Assembly: GCA_010356995.1 (NCBI GenBank)
Contig: ML996698.1
Span: 803,923-867,922 of the forward strand
Source of the DNA: Trichodelitschia bisporula
Lineage: Eukaryota
DNA length: 64,000 nucleotides
Reading direction: 5' to 3'
The notes beneath the pieces were generated by a model, which saw nothing but the letters and a program-made list of their open reading frames with translations, did not search any database and was not told where the DNA came from. The position numbers were made by a program, and so were the translations under genes. Positions 1 through 11,400 of this stretch are shown here, in pieces (positions within the stretch are counted from its first letter, which is position 1; the number at the start of each line of letters is the position of its first letter).

Positions 1-1239
1 CGCGTGCCCTCCGTGTTGCGCGGCGCCACTGCAGCGTCTTCCCCGTCCTCTGCCCTCGGCCTGGAGAATGGCGCTTTGGTCCCCTTCCCCTCCCGGGATG
101 TGACGTTCCTTGTGTCGGTAGTATGCGGGCTTCGTCCTGCTAGGCTGGGGTGTTTTGTAAAAGGCAGGTGGGCAAGACGGTGGTTACCATGACGGGTGTT
201 AGGTAGCGGGTAATAAGGAGGAAAAAGGGAGGGAGGGCATGAAGCTGCATATGCACCTAGACTGGCGTTTTCTTTTGGTTTCTGGAGGATCTATTGTACT
301 GCACGTGCCACGTGCGCGGGAATATGTATGTGTTGGTTGTAGCGTGTAGGACTGTGCTGGATGGTTAGGATTACGGCTAGGGATGCGTATATAAAATGTC
401 TTGGATGCGTGGATACTTGGTTTTTGTCGTGGAGTTTGGTCAATTGTGATTCTCCCCATTGTTAACATGCTGATCTGCCCCGCTAGACTGGCGAAGAAGA
501 GCTCGTGGCGATTCGGCTGTGATCTCACGATCGGCGGATCTGAGCCAGGATACGGCACACAGGCATCACATCTGCGTCCGGCGAGCGGGAGGGATATGCC
601 GCCACGTTCATGTTCCATATCTGGACAGTTAGGTCACAACCGCAATGCCACCATCGCGTTCAGCCTACCCGAAGGTACCCGGTGATCCACTGGAATTCGC
701 TTGCGCTCTCACAACCAAGGGGATTCCCTCTCGGTTCGCGTATTCCTCTTGCCGAGCAGCTGGAGCCGATAGGTTTGCGAAGTAGGCTTCTTACGCCACG
801 AGGGGTCCGATTCCCACTTGCTGGTAGTGGGGATCATGCGCCGTGAGGCCGAGAGACTGCAGACACGAACCGAGAGCCTCATTCACTCCGCTTGCCTCGT
901 CTCCCGGAATCGACATGTCTACAATAGAGGGCACGAAGAGAAGATCAGTATCCTCGCAAAATGCGGACCAAGTCCCCAGATAGTACTCCCGGACTTCACA
1001 ACTCCCGCTCGAAGGCACTTGACCGTCCTTGCATCGCTCTGGAGCCTTGCTACGAGGCAGTTCACAGTCCGGGATGTCCGAGTGCCGTTGCCCGTGGCCG
1101 ACCGTCAAATTCCGATGTTGGTCCGTTAAATGTTCATAATTTACCTCCCCCGTATAAACTCCGCCGACGTGCCTCGTTCCTGCCTCGTCTTACCCCTTTC
1201 CTGGAACCTGTACCACGAGGGGTTAGACTTCGCCCACTC

Positions 1240-1386
1240 CATGTGGGTAAGGAAGGAGCAAAGGAGGATTCTTGGCATCGTATATTTAAATCTCGACAGT
1301 CTCTTCTTCTCTTCCCCTCATCGTCTTTTACTTCAATCTTCAGTTTACACGGATGTTTTGCCTGTGTACGAACCTTGCTCCCATCA
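1240..1386 (+). mobile_element. Internally deleted solo-LTR-like repeat (family 1), inverted relative to the other three copies
   Basis: Reverse complement matches 39826-40028, 25076-25278 and 50146-50359 (AACTGAAGATTGAAGTA...TCGAGA-TTAAAT...CGATGCCAAG...CCTCCTTTGCTCCTTCC). Ends in CCCATCA at 1386. The segment between two internal GGAAGGAGCA repeats appears deleted. Confidence 0.75.
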
Positions 1387-1820
1387 CCATTATGGGGACC
1401 AGATCTCGCAAGGTAATATGTTTCGGCTGATGGGCGCTGGCGACGAACACCGCATTGGAAAGAGCTCGAGAGGCACATGCCTGATGTAACTACATAACCA
1501 TACTCCTGCGTAGCGAATGTCAACAATCCGACAGCCTTGCCGGTCATCGTCCGGTCCCCACGGCTAGCCCAGACCGGACCTTGTGTACTATCAACATGGA
1601 GGGTGCGGGCGAAATGGTCCCGCACGGCATTGGGACACTCCTTGTTCGGGCCGCGCGTTTCTTCGGAATACGCCGTCAATACACCGGTCTTCCACACGGA
1701 TACCCCTTCCTCAAAGAACCGTAAAGATTGACCCCCACCAACTATCCCATCCGCCCAAATCTAGCAAAGAACAGACCCTCGTCAGCGCATAACAATCCAA
1801 TCTCAACGCCAACTCAGCGC

Positions 1821-2303
1821 TCAATCACCACCTGGATCATTCACGTCTCCCCCGTCCGCGGCTCCCGGTGAGTCATCCACAGCGGCTACCGGAGGGTCGA
1901 CGACATTATCTTCCCGCGTGGCCCTTGCCCGCATCCTCCTCAGCAACCCCATGGGTTTCGGTGCCTGATCTGCAGCCGTTGCCGGAGTGGATGTACCAGT
2001 ATTTTCCTGGGAGGCCTTCGGGCTTGTGCGCATCTTCCTCAACTTGTCCTTCACCTTCCTTCCGGCATCTCGGACCGTACGCTTTACAGCCACGAGGGCG
2101 TCTTTACCTTTCGCACGGGCATGACGCCATTTCTCTCTCAGGTGCCACGATTCTCGTGACGTGTACGGGTCGAGGTCTGCCCATGGCGTATTAGCCCACG
2201 AGTCGTCCGGCTCAGGAGCGGAAGGCCTGGCTGGAGGGAGGGGCTCGCCGATTCTTGTCCTGGGACGCTGGTGGAACTCGTCGACCAAATAGTTACGATA
2301 CAT
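1821..2303 (-). CDS. Hypothetical protein, 160 aa
   Basis: ATG-initiated intronless ORF with protein-like composition (basic helical middle, acidic tail). No family recognised. Confidence 0.45.
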   Translation of the reverse strand: MYRNYLVDEFHQRPRTRIGEPLPPARPSAPEPDDSWANTPWADLDPYTSRESWHLREKWRHARAKGKDALVAVKRTVRDAGRKVKDKLRKMRTSPKASQENTGTSTPATAADQAPKPMGLLRRMRARATREDNVVDPPVAAVDDSPGAADGGDVNDPGGD

Positions 2304-2869
2304 CGCGTGAGACTGGTTGAGGATGGGGCGGATGGCCCGGGTTGGGGGCTTAACGAAAGGGGGTGGTTGAACTGTACGGCATTAGTCTGATATTCGAAAG
2401 AGTTACTGGAGGAACTTACCGTGGGACACTGGAGGCTGTTAATTTCTGCTGGATAGACTCGGGGTTCAATGGTGTCTGGTAGATGTTTCGCGGCGACTGT
2501 GGACAAGAATGGCGTTTGATGGAGTGAAGGATGATATGATGGATGGTATGAAGCTAGAAAATGATGGGTATGATACTGTTGAGCTTCATGTAGCGGGAGA
2601 CGGTGCTGTTGTGTTGGTGATGGGTGTTAAAGAAGAGTCGGGATGGGGAACTGAGAGAGGGAGAGAGCAAATGCTCATGAAGAGGGAAAGAAGGGTACGA
2701 TTATGGGAGAAGGAGCAACCGCCGCCCTCTCCACTAGCAAAGCCTCACGTCGACATCCACATCACGAACATCGCTCAACTCAAAGACCAAAACCCAATCC
2801 ATTAAACCCGCATAACCCCCTAAGCCTCAATCCTCCACGGAGCACTTCCAGAGGACCACCTCCCAATCT

Positions 2870-3484
2870 CTACTTCTTCGCAGGCACCAAATCCTCCACA
2901 AACCCCTTCCACAACCTGCCCAATTCCTCCCTCACCGTCTCCCCCCCCTCCGCATTCACGGAAGTCACCTCCTTAACCTTCTGCACCACCCCCTCAAACG
3001 CCCCCCCATCACCAACATCCGCCATCCTTCTCGGCTGCTCAAAATGCGTCCCATCCGCACTCACCGTATGCACCTCCCCCCTCATCAACTGCCCCTCGCG
3101 CTCAAACACCGGCCCATCTATCCTCGCATAACTCGTCCCGCTCGAAAAATCCACAATCGGGACCCGCAAAGGCTGCGTCCCCGCCTCGATCACCACGTCG
3201 GGGAAGTACATGAAGTCGATGGTACTAGTGTCGCCGGGGGCTTTGGCGCTGCGGGAGGTGTTGAAGGTGCGGGAAGAGGGTTTGGAGGATGATGCGGCGG
3301 TGGCGTCGAGGTCCATGATGCTGGCTTTTTTGGCGTCGCGCGGGTTGGGGTTGGAGCGTTTGGTGAGGAGGTCGGAGGGGAAGGTTGTTGGGCCGGTCAT
3401 GGACAGCGCGCGGGTTTGGATTGCGGGACCCGTGTGGGAGGGAAGCGTGCGGGCGAGGGCGCGTATTGAGCGTTGGGCTGCCAT
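2870..3484 (-). CDS. Fungal hypothetical protein with mitochondrial-presequence-like N-terminus (204 aa)
   Basis: ATG at 3484 in a good context (CACAATGG). N-terminus MAAQRSIRALARTLP is Arg/Ser/Ala-rich without acidic residues. RTFNTSRS..GDTSTIDF.Y.P and C-terminal LWKGFVEDL resemble motifs of a conserved uncharacterised Pezizomycotina family. Confidence 0.75.
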   Translation of the reverse strand: MAAQRSIRALARTLPSHTGPAIQTRALSMTGPTTFPSDLLTKRSNPNPRDAKKASIMDLDATAASSSKPSSRTFNTSRSAKAPGDTSTIDFMYFPDVVIEAGTQPLRVPIVDFSSGTSYARIDGPVFEREGQLMRGEVHTVSADGTHFEQPRRMADVGDGGAFEGVVQKVKEVTSVNAEGGETVREELGRLWKGFVEDLVPAKK

Positions 3485-4609
3485 TGTGTGTATGTATGTA
3501 GGAAGGACGAGAATCGACTCAAAGGATGGAAGATATACGACGGAATGGGTGATTTGACGGCAAGATTGACAGCAGGATTGACGAAACGCAAGACGGTGAA
3601 TTGCGAGATCAGGAGAGAGGGAATTGGGCAACAGACGCATCGGCGCCGGATTCAACCCGCCTTTATGCGACCAGCAAGCAGGGAATGTCGACCACAAGGA
3701 CAGCCGCGCGGGCCTAACGCGCGCCCCCGGCTCCCCCGCCCAGCACGCCGGGGCGCCGCAGCGTCGGATCCCCTCCCCGCTCGGCGCCGCTCACTCACTT
3801 CCTCACTTATCCCCTGACCCATTCTCCCTCCTCCCTCCCTCGCTCACTTACTGGCAAGCAGAGTGAGCCTTGCAAAGCGGATGGACTCGGGATGCCATCG
3901 GAACCAAAATCCCGTTTATATGAAGACAGCCTGGACCCGGCTGGCCCCGCGATATGGAAAGGATGGATCCGGAACGCGGTGCGTGGGCCCGAGTGCGGGG
4001 CCTCGCGGCGATGGAATGGTGAGGGTGAAGACAGTGGCACCCCTGTACGCCCCCCTTGTGTACGGAGTAATGCTGCGATGGACACGCCTTCCGCTGCGGT
4101 GCCGCTCATTCACCGTCTCGCAGTCAGCGGGGGAGCAAGAGCAGAGCGGTATGCAGAGTATCAAGCCCGCATTGAGTCTTGCTGATCGCTTACCTCTCTC
4201 CTCGCCTCACCTTTCTCATCCATCCATTATCTCATGATCACAACTCCACCCAATTACTCGGGAACCGTCGTCACTCCGTCATGCCACAATCCCTCCCCTC
4301 AACGCAGGCCCAAGCTCCTCAACCAACGCCCCGCGTCGGCCTAGCCAATAACCCCACGCATGCACGCAGGCCTAGCGCCAGTTCCCCGCAACGCCTGGAC
4401 GGCGTTCGGTGATCGGGGCTGCTCCCACGCCTCCCCACCTATCACCACTTAACTTCATTTTGTATACCCACCCACCCACTCCCCAATTCCCAATCATCTT
4501 AAAGCAATTGCCCTCCCTTACCAAGCCCACGATTGAAGTCCAGCGTCTGACACGAAGACCTTATCTTAAGGCCAGCCGCCAGGAGCAAACACGATCTTAT
4601 GCTGACGAG

Positions 4610-4813
4610 CCCTACGGTCGGACCTGGGGGTGGATTACATAGATTTTTCATTCCCTTACTACTGCAGCACCAGTAAATCCACACCCCGGGACCGAAAGTT
4701 TACTAAACGTGCCACGTTCATTTCCGACTCTATACTATGTGATTCAACATAGATTTTTTAAGTAATTCGTACGTAGTTTTCTATGTAATTCGCTCTCAGC
4801 TCCGACCGTAGGG
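4610..4813. mobile_element. 204-bp element with 34-bp imperfect terminal inverted repeats (MITE-like) or structured-RNA hairpin
   Basis: 4610-4643 CCCTACGGTCGGACCTGGGGGTGGATTACATAGA pairs with 4780-4813 TCTATGTAATTCGCTCTCAGCTCCGACCGTAGGG (29 Watson-Crick, 4 G-U, 1 mismatch). Flanked by GAG on both sides (4607-4609, 4814-4816). Confidence 0.6.
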
Positions 4814-6237
4814 GAGGGAAGGGGCGGTGTGCTCAACACCCTGACTGGGCCGTTGGGTTAAGCTTCGAACAACGCATTTAGCGGAGATGCGGTCTGCGGG
4901 TGGGTTTAGCGCAGGGGTGCTATTCGCTAGGGGGCGGAGGGGGCGGGCGGGCGGGGATATGGCGGCTTTGCTATTCATGGACTGGCGGTGCGTTGAGAGT
5001 TGAGAACTCGGGTTTAGCGTGTTGAGGCCTCGTGAAGTTGCCTTACCTCGTGTTGTGCTGATCAGGGTCGGGCTGGTAATTCTAGCTGCGTGTCAACGGC
5101 GACGCGTGGTGAGCGTGGTTGTTTGCGGCCTGCCGGGTATGGCCCCGGGATTCGGCGTCGGAGTTGCGGGCTCGGGCCCGGGCTTGTGGCTATCTCCGAG
5201 CGCAGGCCGGAGCCTTGCGGATGGGGGTCAACCTTGCGCGTGGGGGCTTTGGTGTACTCTCCGTACATGGCTGGGATCTCTGCTCGTCCTCTGCGAAGCT
5301 GGCAATGGCGGCTGGTCATCGTTGCTGTCTCCGTACGCTGGGGTTGAGGGTGCATCACGCTCGCAACCGGATACCTCCTCGGTCGTCATGCTATGCTGGC
5401 CGGACAGACGTAGATGGCTCGACCGATTGCCTTGATCTCCCACGTGTTGAACCAGCTCGTTGGGCTAATGGCGGCAGGATATATGTACTCTGCGAGGGAG
5501 AATGCTGTTGATGAAGGGTTGAGAGCCGGGTCTGGGCTGGTAACGCGTTCTGAAGTATGGGATGAGCAAGCACGTACTCGAGGAAAATACAGTGGAGGTA
5601 GAACCTTTGACCTTCAGTGCTACGTTCGCTTCGCAATATACCTTGCTGAACTATTGACAAGATGAAGTATTAGGTCCTCGATTCGGAGCAGGAATGAGAG
5701 AATGACATGTTGTGGACCGGGTGACCATAATAGCTCGTTTCTCACACTCCTCTTACACTCTCCTCGAGGCTATAGTGGGTGAAGGTAATGAAGGATGGAT
5801 ATCGTTAAGTGGTTGTTGGTTGTGAAGAAAGAAAATGCGGCGTCGTAACGAAGTTGAGGCCACCCGGTATGAGCGGTGGACTTTCGTCACTCCCCCCTCG
5901 GAACGCGACGCAGATGCACTCCGGCATCGGACGGTATGTTCTTGCCGACGCTAAATGCTCCTTCCATCTCCAAACTATCCCTGTCTGGCAGCACGAAATT
6001 ACACGATGGACTCGATCAGGCGACAAGGCTGGAATGATGAGACGCACCTGTACCCCATTCTCGTATCGTGACATCAACATCGACACAAGCTTCTTCAATA
6101 TCCACCGCGCAGACATGAATCAGACCTGATGCCCAGATACGGATAGTAGGAAATGGCTACTCGGACCGAGCAGCCGAAGGAAAGCCGGAGCCGTCAGTAA
6201 CCCATCTCGCCAACCACCTCATCCCCCCCCAACCCGC

Positions 6238-8668
6238 CTATCTCTCCAACCTCAACAACCCCTCAACATACCTCCGCGCATCTAATCCAACGCCCATCCC
6301 CTCCGCCAACCTCGCCGGCCCCCAACCCGCAGCCGCATCCTTCCCACCCCCACCCCACCCCGCAAAAAGCCCACTACTCTTCCGTCCCCCCTGTGTGCCC
6401 TCCCTCGCCCTCCGCACAAGCACCGCCTCCCTTACCGCAGGTCTATCATCACCCTCCGCAGGCCCACCCTCCCCTTCCCCAGCCCCGCCTCCGCCCTCCC
6501 CAGCCCCGCCCTCCCCCGCCCCAATCCTCATCCACACAACCCACCACCCCCTCCCCGTCTTAACACTCCTCTCCAAAACACCCCCTGCCCCGCGCGCGAC
6601 CTCAACCACAGCCGCATGGCATCCCAGCGCCTCTTGCCTGCTCCACCCCCCATCTACCACCAGTGTGCCAGGTAGGGGTATATTGGGTATACTACACCGC
6701 GTACCCAGCCCCACGGGGTCATAAAGAAGATCGAAGACCTGCTCCGTCCCGCCCACGCCCCCTTGCGCAGCCGCCATCCGCGCCGCGGCCCGCTCGGCGC
6801 TTGTGCTGGCTGCTAGGGGGGCGTGGAGCGGTGCGAAGAACGCATGCAGGCTTTTGTAGAAGCTGGCGTAGCTGAGGGGGGGCGTGTGCGGGTCGAACAG
6901 GAAGGTGTATATGAAGGGGCGGTGGGCGTAGATGAGGACGCGGAGGCGGGAGCGCGGCCCACCCGGCGGGGAGGGGGTTGGGCGGGGAGTTGTTTGGCCG
7001 GATTCGAAGGGGGAGGGGGGGGATGGAGCTGTGGGAGCTTCTTGTGGGAGTTCGATATAGAGCGTGCGCACGGGAATGCGGGTGTTAGTGGAGGAATCGG
7101 AGTCGGACGCTGGGTCGGGGTCGGTGATGTTTTCGTCGAGGGGGCCTTTGAGGCCGATTACGAAGTGCCCGTTGTCTTCGAGGTGGAGCTGGGCTTGGAG
7201 GCGGGTGGCTAGTTCGTCGATGTCGGGCTCTGGGTTCGGGGGGACGGTTTGCATGGGTCGGTCGCTGGCGTCGTCGGTGTTATCGGCGCTTGAGGGCTTG
7301 TTTCCCCGCCCGGAGCCGTAGCCTAGGGTGAGGTACTTCATCCAACCCTCTGACTCCTGAGGCTCGGCGGCGCGGCGGTCTTCCGCTGCGGAGATGGCGG
7401 ATGCGAGCGAGTTTTCAGCCGCGGAGACGATGGGACGAGGGATGCCGGGCGGGCTGGTGCCGGGCGGCGGAGATCTGAGGGTCGGGGTGGAGGTATCCGC
7501 GCTGCGCTTGTCGGCGCGCTCTTTGCCTTTGTCCAGCTTCGGTGCTTCGATTCGTTTCTTCGGCTTCCGCCTAGTAGAACCCGGGTTCTCCTTGACGCCG
7601 TATGCTTGCTCGCCGTATGCGTACACCCACTGCACCCAGTGCGATACATCCCTGAGCGAGTTGCGAGAAATAGCGCCCACGCCCGAGAATATAACACCAT
7701 CGGCCGCCTGCACGGGCCGATCCGTCCCCATCCACGGCTCCGCATCCAGCGGCCGTTTACTCTTCGCATCCCTCGTCCCTTGCGCCCTCTGCGCCTCGGA
7801 GGGCTCGTCAAACCGCGCCACCACAAGATCGACCAGCCCCTCTGTCCTTTGTGCAAAATCCTCCAGCACCTCGCGCTCCCCGCTGCCCCATTCCTCCTCC
7901 CCGACTCCGACGCCTAGTTCGCCGCCTGCCGCGAGCTGCAGGCCCCCGTAGATATCGACGGCCGGATTACCGTGCAGGAGCACATCCCATGTCCCGGCGA
8001 AGCGGTTCCAGAAGCGCTCGAGCAGGTTGCAGAATTTGGGGCGCGGGTGGCGCGAGTACATGCTGTAGAGGGAGGTGCCGTTGTGCAGGAGGAAGATGGA
8101 GTGGGCGCGGAGGAGCTGTTGGAGGAGGAGGGGTGGGGGGCTGACTTCGCGCGCTGAGTACTCGATTGTGGGAGCAGTCGGTTCGGCGCTTTTTGTGGGA
8201 GTGGAAGCTGGGACGGGGATGCGCGTGAGGTCGATGGACTGCTGCTGTTAGAAGGTGCGTGAAGTGCTGAATGGGTTGGGCTGGCATACCGCGATGATCC
8301 ACCACCCGCTCTCGAGTTCGTGCATCACGATGCGTGACTTCTCTGTGTCTATGGAGTCTACGGCCCGACCATTGGAGAAACCCCTGATCCCGTCAGTTCA
8401 TATCTCCACGGCTCACAGCAACAGACCTCGCGAAGCCAACCATGCCCTGCGCCAGGCCGATCTGCCTCAACCTCTCGTTCTCCTCCTCCTGCAGCTGGCG
8501 CTCCAGCTCCTCATTCTTCTTCGCAGCAGTGCGACGCCGGAGTCGCGTCGTGCGGTCATAGTAGTAGACGATCTGGTCCCGGAACGTTTCGTCTGTAGGG
8601 CCGAGGGCGGGGTTGTAGATGGCGAGAAAGGCGAGTTGCGCGGGGACGACGCGGGCTTCGGAGGCCAT
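6238..8668 (-). CDS. CCZ1: Vacuolar fusion protein Ccz1 (Mon1-Ccz1 GEF subunit), 3 exons
   Basis: N-terminal longin-domain motifs PAQLAFLAIYNPALGPTDETF.DQIVYY and RLRQIGLAQGMV.FAR; exon 2 VDSIDTEKSRIVMHELESGWWIIA; exon 3 SIDLTR...EYSAREV...FWNRF..TWDVLLHGNPAVDIYGG..LAAGGELG.GVGEEEWGSGEREVLE, ending DARRYVEGLL. Two GT-AG introns near 8385-8426 and 8240-8290. Confidence 0.93.
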
Positions 8669-8989
8669 GTTTGGAGGTGCTTCTAGCTTGCCATGAGGTA
8701 GTGGGTTAGGAAAGACATGCGCAGCTCGAAGATATTCGCATTTGTTCGGATTGTAGGGAGTGATAGGAGTGTTTATGTTGCTGTTGCTGTTGTATCAAGT
8801 GTTTATGCAAAGCTTAGGTGCGAGCTGCACAGGCTGTGGAGACGTCCCCGCTTTCTACCCTGCACAGATCGATGCCGCACCACACCTCCGATCCGCCGCC
8901 GACATCACTGCAAGCGCGTGCATGCTGGGCACCGACCGCGACACACTCTAAAAAACTTCACTCTCCCACTCCACCTCCGAACTCCCCGC

Positions 8990-10191
8990 ATGAATTCAAT
9001 ATCGCGTCTACGCGCATCAGCATGGCACCAATTGCAATGTCGACCACAATGCCGCCTCTCCTCCTCCGCCCGCATCTCCAAACCCCTCCGCATTCTCTTC
9101 TGCGGCTCCGACGAATTCAGCACCCCCTCCCTCCTCGCCCTACACAAAGAACACCAGATCAATCCAGGACTGGTCGAGCACCTTGAAGTCGCCTGCCGCC
9201 CCCCAAAGCGCGTAGGCACCGGCCTCAAGACCCTCCGCTCAGGTGCCCCTCCCCTCCCTACCCATCTCCAACTAGAGCTAACCCCACAGTTGCCGTCGAC
9301 ACCCTAGCAAACTCCCTCTCCCTCCCCATCCACCACGTCGACAACGTAAACGACATCCTCCTCCCCCCAGGCGTAAACCTCATTGTCACCGTCTCCTTCG
9401 GCCTCCTCATCCCGCACCGCGTCCTCAAAGACACCGAGTACGGCGGGCTTAACATCCACCCCTCCCTGCTGCCGGATCTCCGCGGCGGCGCCCCACTGCA
9501 CCACGTTCTCCTGAAGCGGAGGCGGTTTACCGGCGTGAGTCTGCAGACGCTCCATCCCAGCCGCTTTGACCACGGGACCGTCATTGCGCAGACGCCGGAG
9601 CCGTGGATTCCGGTCCCGGAGAAAGGAACGCCGGGCGAGCTGCTGGCCATGCTGGCGCCGCTGGGGGCAGATATGCTGGTGCAGGCGTTGCGGGACGGAC
9701 TACATGTGCCCCCAGTGCAGCCGCTTAAATTCGACGCGCGCATGCTGGACCGCATGACAGACGGGTACGGCCCGGCGTGGGCGCCGCAAGTCGAAAAAGC
9801 GGACTCGTGTGTCAACTGGAAGAGCATGCCATCATCGCAAGTAGAGCTTCTGGCGCGGGTGTTTGGCCAAGTGTGGGACGGGGAGACGTGGGCGCGGTAC
9901 CACGAGATGGCGGGCTGGAGCGCGGATGGTCCGCGGAGGCGGATGATATATGAGGATGTGAAGGTAGGGGAGGGGGAGCCGCCTGAGGGGTTGGAGCCGG
10001 GGGATTTGTTTGAGTTGCCGGGAGAGAGGGTTGGGGTTAGGACGGTGGATGGGTATGTGGTTGTTGGGAGGAGTACGGTGGGGGGGAGTAAGGCTGGGGC
10101 TGGGAATAGGCAGTTGTTGTTGAAGATGCGGGTGGCGAAGACGAGGGCGGAGGAGTTAGCTGCGAACTCCGATGCGACCGAAGCATCATGA
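8990..10191 (+). CDS. FMT1: Mitochondrial methionyl-tRNA formyltransferase, 2 exons (intron 9243-9289)
   Basis: Presequence followed by LRILFCGSDEFS; after splicing VSFG, LNIHPSLLPDLRGGAPLHH and TGVSLQTLHP..FDHG.VIAQ formyltransferase motifs. Divergent from CCZ1 across about 320 bp. Confidence 0.93.
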
Positions 10192-10860
10192 TCCCCTTCA
10201 GCGGGCCCGGAGCAGAGGCGCCGGCGCAAATGGGCTCTATGAAAGGCTCATTGTTACGGGCTGGAGGGTACTGCCTTCGGTACCCAACTGGTGGTAAAGC
10301 AACCACCTTCGTGGTCGGATGGCTTGTCAGGTCGACCTATGTATGAAATCTACCCTCTGGACTTGAAGCATGGTGAGACTGTCTCCGTTTATTGGAGCCC
10401 CTCTGTCATTCTCCCCGCTAACACAGCCAAAGTTTCCACAAAGCTTTCGCGCTGCTTGTCATGCATGATGTCCCAGTTATCAACATCTGCTACCCTCTAT
10501 CTAACAGCTCTATATTTCCCTCTATGGCGAACAAATCTGTTGGCTCTTCCAGCCTTGTCGCCTGGCCCGAGTTTCACATGTGATATCTCGGTGCCAGAGA
10601 GGGATATGATGCCAATGGAAGAAGCATTCAACGTCGGGAAGGATTGCGTTCAACTCCAGAACGCACCTGCCAGTCTGCAGAGAGGAAGTCACGATGCTCC
10701 GCCGCTCATGCCAGCTCACTCCTTCGTCTATGAAATCCCGCCTTTTTCCTCTTCTCATCCTCCAACTGCACATCAACGTCCATTCTCCACCACCTCCAGA
10801 CACCATGACCTCCACAAACCATGACCTCTCAACCTACATCACTCAATTCAAACCTCAGTC

Positions 10861-10980
10861 TTCATCTCTCAATCCATCACTCAATCCATCACTCAATCCA
10901 TCACTCAATCCATCACTCAATCCATCACTCAATCCATCACTGAATCCACCACTCAATCCATCACTCAATTCATCTCTCAA
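10861..10980. repeat. 12-bp minisatellite (TCCATCACTCAA) x10
   Basis: Ten consecutive units read directly. First and last units are the same variant TTCATCTCTCAA; two internal variants (TCCATCACTGAA, TCCACCACTCAA). Confidence 0.95.
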
Positions 10981-11089
10981 TGCCACTTCATCCTGGCGCA
11001 AGCCGAGGGCGAAGACAAGGTCAAAGCAAGGGGGTTTCGGAACACTTCGTCCCGGTGCTCGATACGCTGCAACAGCATGTCGAAGCTAG

Positions 11090-11400
11090 CGCATACATGG
11101 TACTGAGCGTATCCCCACGTAGCCCTGAAGAAGAGTTGCGGCAAGTCTTCAACTGTACTTATGGGTTTGCATTCCTTGGGACTCCACACAGCGGTTTCAG
11201 TCTCGCCTAATAGGCCGAAGGGCTCGCCAAAGCCATCGGCGTTATGAAGCAAACCAACGAAGAGATTCTAGGTGTTCTGAAAAGAGACTCGGAAGTAATG
11301 GAGCGGGTTACGGACGGCTTGCATCAACTACTTCGTTCTCGAACTCAACTCAGGATCACCTGCTTCTTCGAAGAATTGCCGTTGCCTGGCGTTGGTCTTG
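11090..11400 (+). pseudogene. Remnant of SesB-like/lipase-type alpha/beta-hydrolase domain (typical N-terminal effector of fungal NACHT/NB-ARC NLR-like proteins)
   Basis: TYGFAFLGTPHSGFSLA**AEGLAKAIGVMKQTNEEILGVLKRDSEVMERV...ITCFFEELPLPGVGL, with consecutive stops TAA TAG at 11208-11213, then a GTAAGT donor at 11400. N-terminal part of the domain is missing. Confidence 0.75.

Noticed and set aside
4602..4820. Hammerhead ribozyme suggested by CTGACGA directly before the long stem
   Set aside because: The stem is followed by GAGGGAA rather than the required GAAA core, and I found no stems I/III.
3700..6230. Telomerase RNA, RNase P/MRP, SRP or snRNA in the long intergenic interval
   Set aside because: No CCCTAA-type template on either strand, and none of the diagnostic motifs I could check by eye (RNase MRP GAAAGTCCCC, SRP helix 8, U2/U5/U6 cores). 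A cmscan is needed to exclude them fully.
9258..10229. Long antisense ORFs (also 16152-17099, 31456-32580, 58295-59191, 58482-59384)
   Set aside because: They are shadows of GC-rich real genes on the opposite strand and contain no recognisable motifs.
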